DNA of 64,000 nucleotides from an uncultured delta proteobacterium (lineage in GTDB: Bacteria; Myxococcota_A; Polyangia; Polyangiales; Houyiibacteriaceae), in the NCBI GenBank assembly GCA_963699755.1, contig CAVOVB010000001.1:864001-928000 (forward strand), in the 5' to 3' direction. This document shows, piece after piece, positions 59,285 to 64,000 of the stretch (positions within the stretch are counted from its first letter, which is position 1; each line of letters starts with the position of its first letter). The position numbers were made by a program, and so were the translations under genes. The notes below the pieces were generated by a model. It had not been told where the DNA came from. It made no database searches and was given only the letters and a program-made list of their open reading frames with translations.

Positions 59285-60609
59285 GGCGTTACCTCAGGCT
59301 CGTCAGCCACCGCAATCGGCTCCGAGAGGGTTGCCCGGTCGTGCATCGTCTCCCCTGCGCGGATGACGATCTCATGCTCGACTGCTGCAAAGTACGGATT
59401 GCCGTACTTCACGTAGTGGCGGCCAGGTTGCAAAGGGATCGCGCGCGCGGACGGAGTCGTCAGCACGTGCTGCCCGTCCACGTATACGTGCGCCCAGGGG
59501 TCGGCACTGACGGTGAGAAACCCAGCCTCCGCAGGACTCAGGGCCGGGGGTGCTTGACCGGGCGATGGGCCCGACCATCGGCCGCTCGCCGCCTGTACGC
59601 TGAGCCCCAACGTCACCAGCACCAGCAGCGCCGCCGCTTGCCATTTCGCGACCTTTCGCAAGAAATTGCCGTTGCGCCGTCCAATTCGAAGGGCGCGTGG
59701 CGCCACGGCGGAGAGCACCTCGTCGGTCTGGTCGCTGGTCATGACGCCGATCTCGTTCAGGAACATGACCAGACGCGCGTTGTGGCTCATCTGCACGCGC
59801 GGTGCGAGAAACTCCGCCAGATCGTCGATCAGCGCCTGGGTGGTCGGATAGCGATTTGCCGGCATTTTCTGCAGGCAGCGGGCCATGATCCGTTCGAGCT
59901 TTCGCGGCACATCGACGCCAAGCCTCTTGGTCGCCTCGTAGCGGTCGAGGCGGATCTTCTGCATGACCGTGCGTGCCTCGTCCTCGACGAAGGGCTTGCG
60001 CCCCGTGAGCATCTGGTAGAGCACGATGCCAACCGAGAAGATGTCGCTCCTGAAGTCGAGCTTGTCGCCGAGAATCTGCTCTGGGCTCATGTAGCTCGGC
60101 GTGCCGAGGCCTGTTCCGGTCTCGGTCAGATCGCCAAATCGCTCGTGCCGTGCGATGCCGAAGTCCATCACCTTCACATCCCCCTGCATCGACACCATGA
60201 TGTTTGCAGGCTTGATGTCGCGATGAATGATCCCGCGGAAGTGTGCGTAGTCGAGGCCTCGGGCGAGCTGGAGCGTGATGATCGCAGCGATGTCGGCGGG
60301 AAGGCGCGGCGAGCGCTCGAGCAAATCGTAGAGGTCGATCCCGTCGACGTACTCCATGATGATGAACATCGAACGCCCATCTTTGATGAAGTCGATGACG
60401 TGAAGGATGTTCTCGTGCTGGAGCGACGCCATGAAGTGCGCCTCGCGTTCGAAGCGCTCCGCGAATTGGCTGTCGATCGCGATTGAAGGCTTGAGCGCCT
60501 TGATCGCGACGCGTCGATTGAGCGGCTCCTGGATCGCTTCGTAGACGACAGCCATGCCACCGCTGCCGATTTCGCCGAGAACGCGACAAGTTCCGATTCG
60601 CTCCACCAT
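59281..60609 (-). CDS. Hanks-type Ser/Thr kinase with TM and PEGA-like domain
   Basis: GSGGMAVVY, VAIK, HRDIKPAN, DFGIA, GTPSYMSPEQ; ADPWAHVYVDG..TTP..LQPGRH. Confidence 0.95.
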   Translation of the reverse strand: MVERIGTCRVLGEIGSGGMAVVYEAIQEPLNRRVAIKALKPSIAIDSQFAERFEREAHFMASLQHENILHVIDFIKDGRSMFIIMEYVDGIDLYDLLERSPRLPADIAAIITLQLARGLDYAHFRGIIHRDIKPANIMVSMQGDVKVMDFGIARHERFGDLTETGTGLGTPSYMSPEQILGDKLDFRSDIFSVGIVLYQMLTGRKPFVEDEARTVMQKIRLDRYEATKRLGVDVPRKLERIMARCLQKMPANRYPTTQALIDDLAEFLAPRVQMSHNARLVMFLNEIGVMTSDQTDEVLSAVAPRALRIGRRNGNFLRKVAKWQAAALLVLVTLGLSVQAASGRWSGPSPGQAPPALSPAEAGFLTVSADPWAHVYVDGQHVLTTPSARAIPLQPGRHYVKYGNPYFAAVEHEIVIRAGETMHDRATLSEPIAVADEPEVTP

Positions 60610-60620
60610 CGCGATCCATC

Positions 60621-60649
60621 AAGCTAGGTGGGGGGTCGGGCGGTGTCAA
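60621..60649 (-). promoter_or_regulatory. Sigma70-type promoter for kinase-LysM operon
   Basis: Minus strand TTGACA-N17-TAGCTT, 11 nt before the ATG at 60609. Confidence 0.65.
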
Positions 60650-60680
60650 CGATCGCCAAAAGTTTCGAGAGAGCCGACAC

Positions 60681-61781
60681 TTAGGGCGGAGATTGAGCTT
60701 CTCCTCGTGGGAGCACACAAAGCCCGCGTTCGAGTCGATCGAGGCCTCCGCGGCCGTCCCGAACGACGAAGTTGAAGCGGACCAGCGCACCGTCTTCCGG
60801 CACCTTGGAGTAGGGGAGCCACTGAGTGAGAATCGAAGCGCTGGCCGCTGTGGAAGACGGGCATTCCGTGATGAACGAGAAGGCGACCTCGAAGCCGCCT
60901 CCATCGGCAAGCCAGCTCACCTGGATCTCCTCGCTGAATTCGACGTCATCGATCGTGAACGACTGAAGGCTCTCGCAGGGCACGCTGAGGTTGATGCTCG
61001 ATGCCGCGCTCCCTTCGACGGGATGCTTGTCGCGCTCTTCTTTGCTGAGCCCATCGAGGTCGGCCCTGCAGCCGGTGAGGGGTGCGTCGCGGGCCACGCC
61101 ATCTGCGTAAGGCGGCGGCCACGTCTTGCCGTCCAGAAAGACGTTGCGGATCTCGGGGTTGAGGTTGGGATCCTCGGCATCCCGCTCGATCGGAATCTGA
61201 ACCGTCACGAACCTCCCAACCATGCGCTTATCGTCGTAGACGATGGGCTCCCCATTGGCGTCCTCGCAGGGCACGAGATCGTCGGTCTCGCCCAAGAGAA
61301 AACGAACGATCGCGTCGGCCGAAGGCACACCCTCGCCGCACACAACCCCTTGAAGAAGCACCTCCCTGGCCTCGACCGCGTCGAGCTCTTCTTCGGAAGG
61401 CACCTGAAATCGGACGACGGGCAAGGCAAACGGGTCGCTGGGCGGCGGCCCGCTGCACCCGTCACATGCCTCGATCAAGGTGCCGCAGATCGGCACGCCG
61501 ATGCGCGTGGGTGTGGGAACGCAGGCGAGGAAGGCCCAGGTCAGGAGCGGGGGGGTCAATGCAGGGTCCTCGGGTTGGTCGGAGGGCGGGGCTCCTCGAT
61601 CGATCACCAAGATCGAAGCCTGCACGCCGTCACCAGGGCTCGGGTTGGCACGCCCGGGCGCCCCCTCGACGTCGATCCGAGCGCCGACGACCCGCAGGTC
61701 GTTGACCGCCGAGGCCGGAGGGAAGCTCTCGCTACACGCCATCGCCAAGCACAAGAGAATCGAACCGAGCGCGCGTCTCAC
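60681..61781 (-). CDS. Cys-rich lipoprotein partnered with TonB-dependent receptor
   Basis: Lipobox LAMA-C, ASAVNDLRVVGAR, NLNP, VVRDGRGG; GTG overlaps receptor stop. Confidence 0.75.
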   Translation of the reverse strand: MRRALGSILLCLAMACSESFPPASAVNDLRVVGARIDVEGAPGRANPSPGDGVQASILVIDRGAPPSDQPEDPALTPPLLTWAFLACVPTPTRIGVPICGTLIEACDGCSGPPPSDPFALPVVRFQVPSEEELDAVEAREVLLQGVVCGEGVPSADAIVRFLLGETDDLVPCEDANGEPIVYDDKRMVGRFVTVQIPIERDAEDPNLNPEIRNVFLDGKTWPPPYADGVARDAPLTGCRADLDGLSKEERDKHPVEGSAASSINLSVPCESLQSFTIDDVEFSEEIQVSWLADGGGFEVAFSFITECPSSTAASASILTQWLPYSKVPEDGALVRFNFVVRDGRGGLDRLERGLCVLPRGEAQSPP

Positions 61782-64000
61782 AGCTGCCCCCTCACCCCGA
61801 GCGCGGGGATGATCGGAAGCCCCAGCAGCGGGGACTGCTGCGTGAAATCGTAGTTGTAGATGATGCCCTCTTGGTTTTGCTGATTGTACGCGTTCCGGAT
61901 GTCGAGGAACAAGGCCAGCTGCCAGCCCTTGAAGAGCCACTCCTTTTGGACGCGAACATTGAGCTCGTGGAACAGAGGGTTTCTGAGCGAGTTCACCCGT
62001 CCGTCGATCGGAATGTAGACGTCGCTAAGCGCATCGTAAACCGAGCCGATGACCGGGGTGTTCGGGTTGCCGCTCACGAGGCGGAACAGGCCGCCGATCT
62101 CCCAGTTGCGCGGGAACTTGTAGACGAACGCCGCGGAGAGAATGTGCGTCTGGTCGAAATCAAACAGACGCCAGGGCTCCTCGGGCCCGTCCTTCCGTTC
62201 GCTCCGAGAGAGAGTGTAGGAGAGGTAGCCGAAGTACTTGCGTCCGGTCGCGGGGCGGAAGTTGGCGCTGAGCTCCGCGCCGTAGATCCGGCCGATGCCG
62301 CCCGTCACGTAGAAGGGCGCCTCGCCGTTCGGCGTCGCGATGGCCCGATCCCATAGGTATTTGTAGAAACCTTCGACGCCAAACCGGAAGCCGGGGATCG
62401 GGTCGTACTCCCAGCCCGCGCCCACGTGGACCGCTTGAATCGGATCGAGGTTGGGGTTGCCGATGCTCGTGTCGGACTCCTGGAACTCCGGCGGCTGGCT
62501 GAAGATCCCGAGGCCGAGCTTGACCCGCATGTCCGGTCGCACGCTGAAGATCGTCGTCACGCGCGGGTCGACCGCGAACTCGTCGATGTCGCTGAAATAG
62601 TCCACGCGCAGGCCCAAGATGAGCTCGGTGAACTTGCCCAGCCGGAGGTCCGATTCGAGGTAGAGGCCTGGGCGGTAGACCGTCGTATTCACGTCGGCAA
62701 ACACCTGCTCTTGCCCTGCGAGCGAGCCCTGCTGGCTTCCTCCTCCCTCCTGCGCGGTCGGCTGCGGGCCAACGTAGACCAGGTCGACGGGGGTGACGAA
62801 TACGTCGAGGCCCGCGATCAGTCGAACCCTGTCCGTGATCTGGTATCGCCACTCGGCGCGGCCGTAGTTCTGAAGAAAGGTGCCTTCGAGTCTGAACTCA
62901 TTGCCCAAGCCGAACGCGATCTTCGTGGGACCGATGTTGAACGCCAGCTCCTGCTCGACCTTGTCCCCGATCCGGCGGGTCCAGTCGATCTGGTTGTTGT
63001 AGAAGCTGGTCGAGAGCTCGGTGTTGCCTCGAATCGCCGGATCGTCGCCGCCAGCCTGCTCCAAAATGAGCTCGAGCCGGTCGCTCGAGCCGTATGCCGA
63101 GATGCGGATGCGGTCTCGTTTGGTCGGCGCGAATTTGAGCTTGAACTGGTAGTCGATGTAAACGGGCGCCTGCCGGATGCCGATGTCGTCCGGGAGCAAC
63201 GCGGGCAAGATCAGGTCGATCAGGCTTCGCCTAAGGCCACCCGAGATGCTGATCTTGTCGGTAATGGGACCCTCGAGCGTGACGAAGGTATCGATGATCG
63301 AGAACTCGGCCACTCCGTGAATCTTGTCTTGGGCCGGGTCTCTGGTGGTGACCTCCAAGATGCCACCGGTGCGCCGGCCGTAGCGGACCGAGAAGTTCCC
63401 CGGGTAGAAGTCGATCTTCTCGAGCTGGTAGGAGTTGTAGACGCTCGTGATGCCACCAAAGTGGAAGATCAGCGGAACGGGGATGCCATCGATGAACGAC
63501 TCGCTGTCCTGCGGGGCGGAGCCGCGAACGATGAGCAGGCCAATTCCAAATGGAGGTCGCGCGACGCCTGGCAAGAGCTCGACGGCGCGAAGGGCGTCTC
63601 CTCGGGTGCCGGGGATTCGAGTGAGTTCTTCCTTGTCGATCGTGCGCTTGATGACCTCGCGCGGCGGCGCATCGATGACCGCTGTCGCCCCAAAGCCACC
63701 ACGGCCCCTTTTTTTCTTGGCGCCAAGCCGGTAGATCACCTTGGTCTCGACTCCTGCGGCGAGCTCCTCTTCGACTTCCAAGTCGCCGTACTCGCCCCCT
63801 AGAATCCGGATGCTGTACTTCCCCGGCTCCAGATCGGTCACGATGAACGTCCCGTCAGCTCCCGAAACCAGATCTCGGACGAGCTCACCACCCTCGTTCT
63901 CGATCTCGATCACGACCGAGCCCGCGGAGCTGTCGTCCTGCGCGAGGAGCGCCGTCCCGCGAAGCCAGCCCGTCGTCATCACCTCGGGTGGCGCCTTGAG
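61778..64000 (-). CDS. TonB-dependent receptor, 5'-truncated by window edge
   Basis: Carboxypeptidase-regulatory-like domain, plug IPGTRGDALRAVELLPGVAR..FYPGNFSVRYGR, barrel FDFDQTH..PALGVRGQL. Confidence 0.92.
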   Translation of the reverse strand, partial: LKAPPEVMTTGWLRGTALLAQDDSSAGSVVIEIENEGGELVRDLVSGADGTFIVTDLEPGKYSIRILGGEYGDLEVEEELAAGVETKVIYRLGAKKKRGRGGFGATAVIDAPPREVIKRTIDKEELTRIPGTRGDALRAVELLPGVARPPFGIGLLIVRGSAPQDSESFIDGIPVPLIFHFGGITSVYNSYQLEKIDFYPGNFSVRYGRRTGGILEVTTRDPAQDKIHGVAEFSIIDTFVTLEGPITDKISISGGLRRSLIDLILPALLPDDIGIRQAPVYIDYQFKLKFAPTKRDRIRISAYGSSDRLELILEQAGGDDPAIRGNTELSTSFYNNQIDWTRRIGDKVEQELAFNIGPTKIAFGLGNEFRLEGTFLQNYGRAEWRYQITDRVRLIAGLDVFVTPVDLVYVGPQPTAQEGGGSQQGSLAGQEQVFADVNTTVYRPGLYLESDLRLGKFTELILGLRVDYFSDIDEFAVDPRVTTIFSVRPDMRVKLGLGIFSQPPEFQESDTSIGNPNLDPIQAVHVGAGWEYDPIPGFRFGVEGFYKYLWDRAIATPNGEAPFYVTGGIGRIYGAELSANFRPATGRKYFGYLSYTLSRSERKDGPEEPWRLFDFDQTHILSAAFVYKFPRNWEIGGLFRLVSGNPNTPVIGSVYDALSDVYIPIDGRVNSLRNPLFHELNVRVQKEWLFKGWQLALFLDIRNAYNQQNQEGIIYNYDFTQQSPLLGLPIIPALGVRGQL

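Overview
GC-rich, very gene-dense bacterial chromosomal window. By gene content it is most likely Myxococcota (Polyangiales-like): TIGR02266 PilZ-like protein, FHA-sigma54 activator, PEGA-domain Ser/Thr kinases and a sterol reductase. I saw no rRNA, tRNA, CRISPR array, transposase, integrase or phage gene. In order: recB (5'-truncated)-recD; an unannotated 59-aa IF2-N-like gene; lemA-M48 protease-DUF2007 operon; two SDRs, a Rab-like small GTPase and an LBR/ERG24-type sterol reductase; fdhD-ydeP; flavin amine oxidase; a ~13 kb minus-strand Tad/Flp pilus locus with two ATPases (one FHA-fused) and several unknown accessory genes; SRPBCC protein; L,D-transpeptidase, FHA-sigma54 activator, rpe and a kinase; moxR-DUF58-transglutaminase; patatin; DegT aminotransferase, ABC ATPase, rhodanese; aldehyde dehydrogenase; DinG-family helicase; rhomboid; TIGR02266 protein; folK with a C-terminal extension; xseA-aroE; a sigma54-driven PspA module without PspBC; yggU, lgt; kinase-LysM pair; lipoprotein and a 5'-truncated TonB-dependent receptor. 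Best candidates for new biology: (1) the FHA/phospho-Thr-linked two-ATPase Tad system, (2) the non-canonical PspF-like/PspA/polytopic membrane protein module with sigma54 promoters, (3) the Rab-like GTPase placed head-to-head with a sterol reductase, (4) the stand-alone IF2-N-like microprotein, (5) the FolK-archease-like fusion. All family calls come from motif recognition by eye; no database search was run. Two apparent single-base frameshifts in homopolymers may be sequencing errors.
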